This document shows, in pieces, positions 8,674 to 16,582 of a stretch of DNA of 18,563 nucleotides. Source of the stretch: Methanothermococcus okinawensis. Its GTDB lineage: Archaea > AGJL01 > Methanococci > Methanococcales > Methanococcaceae. The notes below the pieces were generated by a model. It did not search any database. It was not told the DNA's origin and was given only the letters and a program-made list of their open reading frames with translations. Position 1 is the first letter of the stretch; every line of letters starts with the position of its first letter. A program made the position numbers and the translations under genes. The stretch spans positions 1-18,563 of the forward strand of contig DQVU01000044.1 in the NCBI GenBank assembly GCA_015661585.1, in the 5' to 3' direction.

Positions 8674-9903
8674 TTGACAGAGGTTGTTAATATTACACCA
8701 ACTACCAGGCATGAAGGGCATGCCAAGTTGATACTTGAAGTTGATGGGGAGGGTATAGTAAGTAAAGCCTACTACATAAATACCACCCCAGTTAGGGGTT
8801 TTGAAACTATGTTGGTAGGGAGACCTGCTGAATTTGCCCCAATTGCAGTTATGAGGATATGTGGTATATGTCAAACTACCCATGGTATAGCCTCATGTAG
8901 TGCAATTGAGGATGCTATCGGTTGTGAGGTACCAGAGGATGGACTTCTGTTAAGGGAGTTGGTGGGATTGGGAAATAGAATGCACTCCCATCCACTACAC
9001 CACTTACTAACCCTTGAGGACTTTATAAAACCTGAGGAGGAGACTCTAAAGATTGATACTATAAAACTTATCCAGAGGATGAGAAAGGTCGGACAGTTGA
9101 TAGTGGATACTGTAGGAGGTGAGGGTATTCATCCTCCAAATATTGTGATAGGTGGTATGAGGACAAATATCTCTGAAAGAGCTAAGGCAAAGTTGTACTA
9201 CGCGTTGAAACAGTATGAAAAGGATGCCTATATGATGTACGAGATATACGTAGAATTAGTAGAGAGATACTTGGAAGAAGTTGGTATCCCAGATTTAGGA
9301 TCCCACGACTACCCTTATATAGCATCCCATACCACCTACGGAGATAGATATGCTATAAACTGGGATGGTGTTGTGGAGATACCTCCCCATAGGTACTATA
9401 AGGATATCAAGATCGCAGAGAGTACCTCGGTAATGATACCTCTCTACGAAGGAGTTCCTGCTGAGGGGGGACCAAGGGCTAGGTTGGTTAAATTTGGGAA
9501 CTTTAGATCTGGAGGAAGTGTAATGGATATAAACATTGCAAGGGCCAAGGAAAACTTAGGGGCAGTATATAGAGCCATGGAGATACTTGATGAGTTAGAT
9601 ATAAATGGAAAGACTAGGACAACACCTGAGTACAGGGATGGCTTTGGAATAGGAGTCCATGAGGCACCTAGGGCTACAAATACCCACTTTGCAGAGGTTG
9701 GAAAGGATGGAAGGATTAAATCTTACAAGATTATAGCTGCATCAACCTGGAACTTCCCCGTAGTTGAGAAGGCTATTGAGGGTTATCCTCACCAATACGC
9801 AGAGGTTATAATGCGTGCTTACGACATATGAGCATCATGTGCAACCCATGTAATTGTTAAAGATGATGAGAGCAAAGAGATAATAGAGATAAGAAAGATT
9901 TAA
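8674..9903 (+). CDS. fruA: F420-reducing [NiFeSe] hydrogenase alpha subunit, selenocysteine at codon 386 (TGA 9829-9831)
   Basis: The start is TTG, with GGAGAGGTGAT upstream. The N-terminal Ni-binding motif is RICGICQTTH. The frame continues past the TGA as ASCATHVIVKDDESKEIIEIRKI*, which gives D-I-U-A-S-C-A-T-H in place of the DPCxxCxxH large-subunit motif, plus the usual C-terminal propeptide. A SECIS hairpin follows immediately downstream. Confidence 0.9.
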
Positions 9904-9937
9904 GACTCGAGGGGAACCATTTCTGGACCCGAGAGTC
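9904..9937 (+). promoter_or_regulatory. archaeal SECIS element for fruA
   Basis: The sequence is GACUC-GA-GGG-GAA-CCA-UUUC-UGG-A-CCC-GA-GAGUC. It forms a 5-bp lower stem, tandem G-A pairs, a GGG/CCC helix, the conserved asymmetric GAA/A internal loop, a 3-bp apical helix and a 4-nt loop. It starts 1 nt after the true fruA stop codon. Confidence 0.85.
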
Positions 9938-9954
9938 AAGATAAGGGTAATAAC

Positions 9955-10467
9955 ATGGAGGGATTAAATCCATCCTACTTTAAGGAGATAATGGTTTTAG
10001 GTTGTGGGAATATCCTATTTGGAGACGACGGTTTCGGTTTTCACGTCATTGAGAAACTTAAAGATCTACTAACTGAGGAGGAGAAGGAAAGGGTAGCCCT
10101 TGTAGATGCAGGTACGGGGGCACCACAACAGGTGCTCTCCCTTATAGATGAGACTACAAAGACAAAAAAGATAATCGTTGTGGATATCATAGATTACAAT
10201 CTAAAACCTGGAGAAATAAAGATATTAAAAAAGGAGGATCTACCAGATCCTAAGTATTCTCGATTGGATATCCACAACTGGCCCTTGGCAGGTATCTTAA
10301 AAGAGATATGTGAGAGGTACAACATAGACATCCTTGTGGTGGGTTGTCAGGGGAAGTTTATACCAAAACCTGATGTATATATTGGACTTAGTAAAGAGGT
10401 TGAGAAGGGGGTTGATAAAGCGGTGGAGATAATTCTAAAGGAGATAAGAAACAACAAAGAGGGATAA
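9955..10467 (+). CDS. fruD: F420-reducing hydrogenase delta subunit / large-subunit C-terminal maturation protease
   Basis: The 170-aa protein has [18 protein letters not shown], typical of the HycI/FrhD endopeptidases. It occupies the operon position between the alpha and gamma subunits. Confidence 0.88.
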   Translation: MEGLNPSYFKEIMVLGCGNILFGDDGFGFHVIEKLKDLLTEEEKERVALVDAGTGAPQQVLSLIDETTKTKKIIVVDIIDYNLKPGEIKILKKEDLPDPKYSRLDIHNWPLAGILKEICERYNIDILVVGCQGKFIPKPDVYIGLSKEVEKGVDKAVEIILKEIRNNKEG

Positions 10468-10468
10468 G

Positions 10469-11140
10469 ATGGAGGATAAAAGGATAACTGTAGCACATGT
10501 ACAGTTAAGTAGTTGCTGTGGATGTTTAATATCTCTAACAGATACCTACGAGAAACTTCTAGACGTCCTAAATAGTGTAGATCTTGTATACTGTCAGACA
10601 CTGATGGATGTAAGGGAGATTCCTAAGGCAGATATTATCTTAGTAGAAGGTGCTGTATGTCTCGATGATCACCATGCCATGGAGATAGCAAAGGAGGTTA
10701 GAGAGAAGGGGAAGATAGTAGTTGCATTAGGTGCATGTGCAGCAGTAGGAGGTATTACAAGGTTCTCCAAAGGGGGACAGATGTCTAAACCTGTCCAAAG
10801 CTCCTTCTCCTCACTGACAGAGGTAGTAAAGTGTGATCTTGCTATACCTGGATGCCCTCCATCTCCAGAGTTAATAGTAAATGTTATCACTGCAGTTATA
10901 GAGGGAAACACTGAGTATTTAAAACCCTTTGTGAGATATGGAGAGAGGAAGTATGAGGCTTGTGGATGTGATCTTATAATTAACGCTATAAACAAATCCC
11001 TCTGTATGGGATGTGGTGTCTGTGCAGCCTCCTGTCCAACGAGAGCCATAGAGATGGTTGAGGGAAGACCCTTAGTGTCCTCCCAACTATGTATAAAGTG
11101 TGGAGTATGTTCCTTCCAATGTCCTAGAATAGAGGTTTAA
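10469..11140 (+). CDS. fruG: F420-reducing hydrogenase gamma (small, FeS) subunit
   Basis: The 223-aa protein has the N-terminal small-subunit Cys pattern (SSCCGC) and two C-terminal ferredoxin-type CxxCxxCxxxCP motifs. Confidence 0.88.
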   Translation: MEDKRITVAHVQLSSCCGCLISLTDTYEKLLDVLNSVDLVYCQTLMDVREIPKADIILVEGAVCLDDHHAMEIAKEVREKGKIVVALGACAAVGGITRFSKGGQMSKPVQSSFSSLTEVVKCDLAIPGCPPSPELIVNVITAVIEGNTEYLKPFVRYGERKYEACGCDLIINAINKSLCMGCGVCAASCPTRAIEMVEGRPLVSSQLCIKCGVCSFQCPRIEV

Positions 11141-11163
11141 ATATAATTTTTATAGGTGATTCC

Positions 11164-12021
11164 ATGGAGCCCCTTGGAAGTTATAAAAGTATAATATCGG
11201 CAAGAGCTACAGATAGTAGAATACTCAAAAGATCCCAGGATGGAGGTATAGTATCTGCAGTATTCATATATGGGTTGGAGAACAACATTTTAGATGGGGT
11301 TATCGTAGCAGATAAGGAGGAGAACTTTAAACCAGTCCCAAAGGTTGTCACTACACCTGAGGAGGTGTTAGAGGCGGCAGGTACTAAATACACAGTATGT
11401 CCAAATCTCAGTGTATTAAAAAGTGCTATAAGGGAGTACGGCTGTGAAAGGATCGGAGTAGTTGGTACCCCCTGTCAGATCATATCCTTAAGGAAGGTCC
11501 TTAAGTATCCGGTAGGGTTTCGACATCTGGTAAATAAGGTTGCACTACTTCTAGGTATATTCTGTATGGAAAACTTCCCATATATGGGGATGAAGACTAT
11601 AGTGGAGGAACTCTGTGGTGTAAAGTTGGAGGATGTAGTTAAGATGGATATTGGAAAGGGTAAATTCTGGGTATATACTAGATGGGGAGATGCGAAATCT
11701 ATTAAACTGAAAAAAACCCATCCCTATGAACAGATATCCTGTCATGTATGTACAGATTATACTGCAGAGTTGGCAGATATTTCAACAGGTTCGGTAGGTA
11801 GTCCAGATGGCTGGAGTACAGTACTCATAAGAAGTGAGAAAGGAGAGGAGATCATCAATAAAATGATAGAGGAGGGTTATCTAGAAACTAAACCTGTAGA
11901 TGAGGGTAAGTTTGGATTAGGCATACTTAAAAAACTCGCACTTACTAAAAAGGAGAAAAATATGAAGGAGATAGAGCATAGAAAGGAGTTAGGATTACCT
12001 GTACCACCTAAGGTATGTTAA
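11164..12021 (+). CDS. fruB: F420-reducing hydrogenase beta subunit (FrhB family, FAD/F420-binding)
   Basis: The 285-aa protein resembles the FrhB family (SQDGGIVS..., [21 protein letters not shown]). It is the last gene of the operon. Confidence 0.88.
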   Translation: MEPLGSYKSIISARATDSRILKRSQDGGIVSAVFIYGLENNILDGVIVADKEENFKPVPKVVTTPEEVLEAAGTKYTVCPNLSVLKSAIREYGCERIGVVGTPCQIISLRKVLKYPVGFRHLVNKVALLLGIFCMENFPYMGMKTIVEELCGVKLEDVVKMDIGKGKFWVYTRWGDAKSIKLKKTHPYEQISCHVCTDYTAELADISTGSVGSPDGWSTVLIRSEKGEEIINKMIEEGYLETKPVDEGKFGLGILKKLALTKKEKNMKEIEHRKELGLPVPPKVC

Positions 12022-12024
12022 TTA

Positions 12025-12037
12025 TTTTTTTATTTTT
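12025..12037 (+). terminator. oligo-T tracts after fruB (candidate terminator)
   Basis: TTTTTTTATTTTT begins 4 nt after the stop codon. This is a heuristic call. Confidence 0.4.
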
Positions 12038-12203
12038 ATAACGAGACTGTGAGATGGCAACAATAAAGCAAGAACCCTAAAATAAATTTAATAAAAATAA
12101 TATAAAAGAGTAATTTAAATTGAGATTGTCAAACATCTAAAAAGATAGAGTTATAAAAAAGTGAAATTCGTATTTTAATATTTTATTATAAATAATAAAA
12201 ATA

Positions 12204-12221
12204 AGATCCCATTAATCAAAA
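12204..12221 (+). repeat. solo terminus-like motif of the foldback family
   Basis: AGATCCCATTAATCAAAA resembles the left terminus AGTTYCCATYAAAG. It is short and AT-rich, so support is weak. Confidence 0.3.
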
Positions 12222-12296
12222 CTATGGAAGACCTATTTTAATTTATATTATAATAATTTACATTTTATATTAAAAGTAGGGATAGAAGGGGTGACG

Positions 12297-13187
12297 ATGA
12301 ATATATTTCTCTTTGAATACGCCGTAGGGAGTAACGAAGATGTGGATCCCCATATACTACAAGAGGGTAAGTTGATGTTCGACAGATTGTTAGAGGATTT
12401 TCTAAATAACAACTTCACTGTTATCACTGTTGTAGGTGAGAGGTGTATACAATACTACAGGGGTAGAGATAACCTGAAAGTGTATATCCAGAGAGATTCC
12501 AACGTAATGGAAACCGTGGAGGAGGTGTTAAATAGGGAGAAAATAGATGGTGCCCTTGTAATTGCACCTGAGTGTGATGGATCGCTTTACAGACTGACTA
12601 AGTTGATCGAAGAAGAAGGCATCTTAAACTTAGGTTCCCACAGTGAAGGTGTGAGAATTGGGGGAAATAAATATCTAACCTACGAGAAGATAAAAGATGT
12701 TGTTAAAACTCCTAAAACTTTACCTCCAAAGAGATACATATTAAAGGAAATAGACGGTTGTGGTGGTTCCAATCAATTGGTAGTCCCTGAGAATTACATA
12801 ATTCAGGAATATATAGAGGGAGAACCTTATTCCACAAGTTTCATAGTAGGGGGTAAATTCTATCCTCTATCCCTCAATAAACAGTATTACAGGAATGGGA
12901 AATACATAGGGGGAGAGATCAACATAAATCACCCCCTCAAAGATAGGATAATAGAGGAGTCGATGAAGGCACTGAGGGAGATAGAAGGTTTAAATGGGTA
13001 TGTAGGTGTGGATATCTTATTGGATGGAGATACTATATATATTCTCGAGATAAACCCCAGAATAACCACATCTATAGTAGGTATATACACCACCCCTACC
13101 ATCTCACAACTATTAGTAGATAACGCCAAGGGGAAGGATCTTAGATATAGTGTAGTGGGAAGTAGGAAGATTACTATAGATTTATAG
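12297..13187 (+). CDS. ATP-grasp (ATP-grasp_3-like) ligase, possibly tyramine--L-glutamate ligase of methanofuran synthesis
   Basis: The C-terminal half looks like an ATP-grasp fold (EYIEGEPYS..., GYVGVDILLDGDTIYILEINPRITTS). I prefer the ATG at 12297 over the track's GTG at 12291 (GGGGTGA directly upstream). The MfnD assignment is by resemblance from memory only. Confidence 0.6.
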   Translation: MNIFLFEYAVGSNEDVDPHILQEGKLMFDRLLEDFLNNNFTVITVVGERCIQYYRGRDNLKVYIQRDSNVMETVEEVLNREKIDGALVIAPECDGSLYRLTKLIEEEGILNLGSHSEGVRIGGNKYLTYEKIKDVVKTPKTLPPKRYILKEIDGCGGSNQLVVPENYIIQEYIEGEPYSTSFIVGGKFYPLSLNKQYYRNGKYIGGEININHPLKDRIIEESMKALREIEGLNGYVGVDILLDGDTIYILEINPRITTSIVGIYTTPTISQLLVDNAKGKDLRYSVVGSRKITIDL

Positions 13188-13524
13188 AGTTTCCATTAAA
13201 AGAATAATAAAAAATAATAAAAATAATAATAAGAATAAAAAAATAACAAAAAAGGTTTTAAAAATAAAAACCTCTATCCACTCTGAATACAAATATATCC
13301 CCTCTACTCCTGAAGATTGGAGGAGGGAATGATTCTCTGAATATCTTCTAACTACAACTATGGGATGGTCCTTATACCATGGTAGAATTTCCTTATCCTA
13401 TACCAGTATTCAGAAAACATCCGGAGACATGGATATAGTTATTTATTAGGATTTTTACTTTTTTATTTTTATCATTATTTTATTATTTTTTATTATTCTT
13501 TTAATCACTACTTTGATAGAAACT
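13188..13524 (+). repeat. foldback repeat, copy E (most complete, 337 bp)
   Basis: The termini are AGTTTCCATTAAAAG (13188-13202) and CTTTGATAGAAACT (13511-13524). There is an exact 27-nt inverted repeat, 13196-13222 versus 13478-13504. The forward half-core is at 13305-13337 and the reverse half-core at 13381-13416. The element starts 1 nt after the upstream stop codon. Confidence 0.8.
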
Positions 13525-13587
13525 AAGGTACAATTTGTACTTTATCAGGATTTTTGATGAGACGTAAGGCGTTAAATTTGTGATAAT

Positions 13588-14466
13588 ATGAAGTTTCTAA
13601 TACTGAAGATAACTAACAACTGTAACTTAAGGTGTATCTACTGCTATAGGGAAGATAACACAGGTAAAAAAGAGATGAGATTCAAAACTGCTAAAAATGC
13701 CATAGACTATATCCTAAAGAAAGATGATAAATTAAAGATCCAATTTACTGGGGGGGAGCCTCTATTAAATTTCAAATTAATTGAGAGAATTGTAGATTAC
13801 TGCAAGGATCAATATCCGGATAAAAATATAACCTACGCTGTTCAAACCAACGGAACTTTACTGGAGAAAGGGATTATAGAGAAGATTAAAGAGTTGAATA
13901 TAAAAGTGGGAGTAAGTTTGGATACCATAGATCCCACGGATACTATCTTAAGACCCTACAGGGATGGGAGACCTTCTACCTTGGATACCTTAAGAGGTAT
14001 GTACCTCCTGAAGGAGGACAAGGTACCCTTTGGAGTTACAACTGTGGTAACTAATAAAAACCTCCCACATCTTCAGGATCTCGTGTATTACCTTGTCTCA
14101 ATGGGTGTAAAGAGTATAAGTTTTGATCTGTTGAAGCCTAAGAAGAGAGAACATCTCTCACTGATGCCAGAGGAGGAAGAATTTAGAAAAGTTCTGGAGA
14201 AGATGAAGGATCTTCCCATCTATATAAAGAATTTAAGAAAGAGATCTAAGGATAAATACTGCTATCTAAACAGTGGGGACCTTCTCTTCGTCAATGAAAT
14301 TGGAGATATTTATCCCTGTCCCACCTTAGAAGGTCACTTCTACGGGGGAAACATTAACAGTGGAAAAGATATTAAAGTATTTAAAGTTAAATGTAACTAC
14401 TGTTTTGCCAGAGGTTATCTAATTGGAAGATTGCTAACTACCCTTCCCAACACTGAGATACTCTGA
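13588..14466 (+). CDS. radical SAM enzyme with a truncated SPASM/twitch-like C-terminal Cys domain
   Basis: The CNLRCIYC motif (Cx3Cx2C) lies at residues 12-19. The C-terminus has C-x13-G-x4-C followed by CNYC, enough Cys for one auxiliary cluster. The substrate is unknown. Confidence 0.8.
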   Translation: MKFLILKITNNCNLRCIYCYREDNTGKKEMRFKTAKNAIDYILKKDDKLKIQFTGGEPLLNFKLIERIVDYCKDQYPDKNITYAVQTNGTLLEKGIIEKIKELNIKVGVSLDTIDPTDTILRPYRDGRPSTLDTLRGMYLLKEDKVPFGVTTVVTNKNLPHLQDLVYYLVSMGVKSISFDLLKPKKREHLSLMPEEEEFRKVLEKMKDLPIYIKNLRKRSKDKYCYLNSGDLLFVNEIGDIYPCPTLEGHFYGGNINSGKDIKVFKVKCNYCFARGYLIGRLLTTLPNTEIL

Positions 14467-15102
14467 TAGGAACCTTCCAAATTCTACGATATTCCTACTT
14501 TGGATGAATATCTTACCTGTCCCTCTGAATTCATATACTCTGCCCTCTCCACTGAAGATCGTAGTTTTTAAACCCCCTATTCTTTTTAGGGAATATTCAA
14601 GGCCCTCAGTGAATCCTACGAGGTTTCCGTTATCTACTATAATCTTGTCGTCCTCTAACTCGATAGTTTCAAGAACCCCAAAGGAGGATAGGAACACATC
14701 CCCCTCTCCCTTAAGTTTCATCAAAAAAAGCCCCATTCCACCAAATATCATCTTCAAGTCACTAAGCTTAGTATCTATCTCTATATCTGGTGAGGACGCT
14801 AAGTAGGCGCCACTTTGGACGTAGAGAGTTCCATCTAATCTGTAGTGAGTAATATCCCCTACGTATTTTGGAGCTAAGGCCAAGGTACCAGTCCCATAGA
14901 ATTTATTTAAAAAGAGATTCTCCCCTACTACCATCCTCTTTAACGCCCCCATCAAACCTCCCCTTATATCTGTATCCACCTGGATACCCTTGGACATATA
15001 GACCATGGCGCCGGTTTCTGCTATTATACTCTGATCTCTAAGGTTTATTTTTAGTAGAGAGTAAGCTGGGCCATACTCTATTTTAAAATCGTACTCTGTC
15101 AT
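14434..15102 (-). CDS. AIM24/DUF124 (TIGR00266-like) family protein
   Basis: The 222-aa protein begins ...YSLLKINL...GAMVYM, and its repeated beta-rich pattern is typical of DUF124. A GAGGAGAT ribosome-binding site lies upstream. Confidence 0.7.
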   Translation of the reverse strand: MTEYDFKIEYGPAYSLLKINLRDQSIIAETGAMVYMSKGIQVDTDIRGGLMGALKRMVVGENLFLNKFYGTGTLALAPKYVGDITHYRLDGTLYVQSGAYLASSPDIEIDTKLSDLKMIFGGMGLFLMKLKGEGDVFLSSFGVLETIELEDDKIIVDNGNLVGFTEGLEYSLKRIGGLKTTIFSGEGRVYEFRGTGKIFIQSRNIVEFGRFLSEYLSVGKGS

Positions 15103-15181
15103 AGTATCTCCTCAGTAACTTTTAATGTGTTTTATAAAAGTTGGATATATTTATTGTTTTTTATTTTGCTCCTCATAACCG

Positions 15182-15194
15182 AAAAGTTTATATA
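15182..15194 (+). promoter_or_regulatory. BRE/TATA box for tRNA-Cys
   Basis: AAAAGTTTATATA matches the Methanococcales consensus (A-rich BRE plus TTTATATA). Its position, 47 nt upstream of the mature 5' end, implies a short leader. Confidence 0.5.
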
Positions 15195-15240
15195 GTAGAT
15201 ATAATTACTACCATATTAGATATCCTTAAGTGGGTGTTGT

Positions 15241-15317
15241 GCCAGGGTAGTCTAGTCTGGCAAGGCGGCGGACTGCAGATCCGCTTTAGGAGGGTTCAAA
15301 TCCCTCCCCTGGCTCCA
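15241..15317 (+). tRNA. tRNA-Cys (anticodon GCA), CCA encoded
   Basis: I folded it by hand. The acceptor stem is GCCAGGG/CCCTGGC, the D stem GTCT/AGGC, the anticodon stem GCGGA/TCCGC with loop CTGCAGA, and the T arm GAGGG-TTCAAAT-CCCTC. The discriminator is U73 and position 37 is G. Confidence 0.92.
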
Positions 15318-15445
15318 TTTTTTTGTAGATATTATATTTATATATTTAAATATATTAGTAAAATATGGATAAGTATTAATTTATTAAATATTTAGATATC
15401 ATATTTTAAATTTATTAATAGATATCTCCATAATTCCAAAACGAC

Positions 15446-15458
15446 AACTTTTTATATA
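15446..15458 (+). promoter_or_regulatory. BRE/TATA box for hmd
   Basis: The TATA box of AACTTTTTATATA ends 44 nt upstream of the ATG. An AGGTGA ribosome-binding site lies at 15492-15497. Confidence 0.5.
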
Positions 15459-15501
15459 ATTTCTATAAATAATATTGATTGTCAAAAAATAAGGTGATAT
15501 T

Positions 15502-16533
15502 ATGAAGATTGCCATATTGGGAGCAGGGTGTTATAGAACTCATGCCGCTTCAGGGATTACAAACTTTGCAAGGGCTGTAGAGGTGGCAAACAAGGTAAAT
15601 AAACCTGAGATTGCATTAACCCACTCCTCAGTTACCTACGGAGCAGAATTGCTACACCTTGTCCCAGAGGTAGATGAGGTTGTACTCTCAGATCCCTGCT
15701 TCTCAGAGGATCCAGGCCTCGTTATAATAGATGAATTTGACCCACAGGAGGTTATAGAGGCACATTTATCTGGAGATCCTGAAAAGATAATGCCTGCCAT
15801 TAGAAAAGCTGTAATGGAAAAGGCTAAGGAACTTCCAAAACCGCCAAAGGCCTGTATCCACTTAGTACACCCAGAGGATGTAGGATTAAAGACAACCTCG
15901 GATGATAGGGAGGCAGTAAGTGATGCAGATATTGTAATAACCTGGTTACCAAAGGGGAAGAGTCAGCCAGGAATAATTGAAAAATTCGTGGATGCAATAA
16001 AAGAGGGGGCTATAGTAACACATGCCTGTACAATTCCAACTCCAAAGTTTGCTAAAATATTCAAGGATGCTGGAAGGGAGGATCTAAATATTACATCATA
16101 TCACCCAGGAGCAGTACCTGAGATGAAGGGACAGGTATTCTTGGCAGAGGGATTCGCATCTGAAGAGGCATTAGAGAAACTTTACAATATAGCAAAGATT
16201 GCAAGAGGTAATGCCTACAGACTACCTGCAAACCTCATAAGCCCAGTATGTGATATGGGATCAGCAGTTACCGCCACAGTATATGCAGTATTGCTGGCAT
16301 ATAGAGAAGCTGTTACAAAGATACTTGGAGCACCTGCAGACTTTGCCCAGATGATGGCAGATGAGGCTATCACTCAGATACTGGAGTTGATGAGGAAGGA
16401 AGGTATAGGTAAGATGGAGGAGAAGTTAGATCCTAAGGCTCTAACTGGTACAGCAGACAGTATGTGCTTTGGGCCTCTCTCAGATATATTACCCAATGCA
16501 TTGAAGGTTCTTGAGAAGTATGGTAAGGATTAA
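15502..16533 (+). CDS. hmd: H2-forming methylenetetrahydromethanopterin dehydrogenase ([Fe]-hydrogenase)
   Basis: The 343-aa protein is near-colinear with Methanocaldococcus Hmd as I recall it (MKIAILGAGCYRTHAA...ITWLPKG...THACTIPT...YHPG.VPEMKGQ...GTADSMCFGPL). It includes the FeGP-binding Cys in THACTIP. Confidence 0.93.
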   Translation: MKIAILGAGCYRTHAASGITNFARAVEVANKVNKPEIALTHSSVTYGAELLHLVPEVDEVVLSDPCFSEDPGLVIIDEFDPQEVIEAHLSGDPEKIMPAIRKAVMEKAKELPKPPKACIHLVHPEDVGLKTTSDDREAVSDADIVITWLPKGKSQPGIIEKFVDAIKEGAIVTHACTIPTPKFAKIFKDAGREDLNITSYHPGAVPEMKGQVFLAEGFASEEALEKLYNIAKIARGNAYRLPANLISPVCDMGSAVTATVYAVLLAYREAVTKILGAPADFAQMMADEAITQILELMRKEGIGKMEEKLDPKALTGTADSMCFGPLSDILPNALKVLEKYGKD

Positions 16534-16546
16534 TTAAATATCCCTA

Positions 16547-16561
16547 TCTTTTTACTTTTTA
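16547..16561 (+). terminator. oligo-T tracts after hmd (candidate terminator)
   Basis: TCTTTTTACTTTTTA begins 14 nt after the stop codon. This is a heuristic call. Confidence 0.4.
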
Positions 16562-16582
16562 CATCTTAGTAATAATTATAAC

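Noticed and set aside
12040-12080. GC-richer island (GAGACTGTGAGATGGCAAC) after fruB, considered as a fragment of the repeat core; also R-terminus-like strings at 15119-15135 and 17441-17458
   Set aside because: The similarity to AGATCTGAGATATAGG and to the terminus consensus is short and degenerate. It cannot be distinguished from chance in AT-rich sequence without a genome-wide model, so I have not called these as copies.
13188-13260. AT-rich periodic tracts (AATAATAAAAA...) in several spacers, considered as CRISPR or tandem-repeat arrays
   Set aside because: There is no repeat-spacer periodicity and no unique spacers. The tracts are the inverted arms of the foldback elements.
13360-13449. 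29-codon ORF (MGWSLYHGRISLSYTSIQKTSGDMDIVIY) inside repeat copy E, considered as a possible precursor peptide for the neighbouring radical SAM and ATP-grasp enzymes (RiPP idea)
   Set aside because: It has no ribosome-binding site. The equivalent position in other copies lacks the ATG (B2) or gives an unrelated 18-aa peptide (D), so conservation is at the nucleotide level, not the peptide level. The ATP-grasp gene is also more plausibly a methanofuran-pathway enzyme.
13553-13604. Possible C/D-box sRNA: TGATGA ... GTGATAA ... CTGA over 52 nt
   Set aside because: The D' box is not recognisable and the C'-to-D spacer is 16 nt rather than the canonical approximately 12 nt. No terminal stem is present. 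The candidate also overlaps the ribosome-binding site and start codon of the radical SAM gene, so it is probably a chance match.
15141-15395. 84-aa ORF spanning the tRNA-Cys region
   Set aside because: It reads straight through a perfectly folding tRNA gene and its promoter, and it has no ribosome-binding site. It is an artefact.
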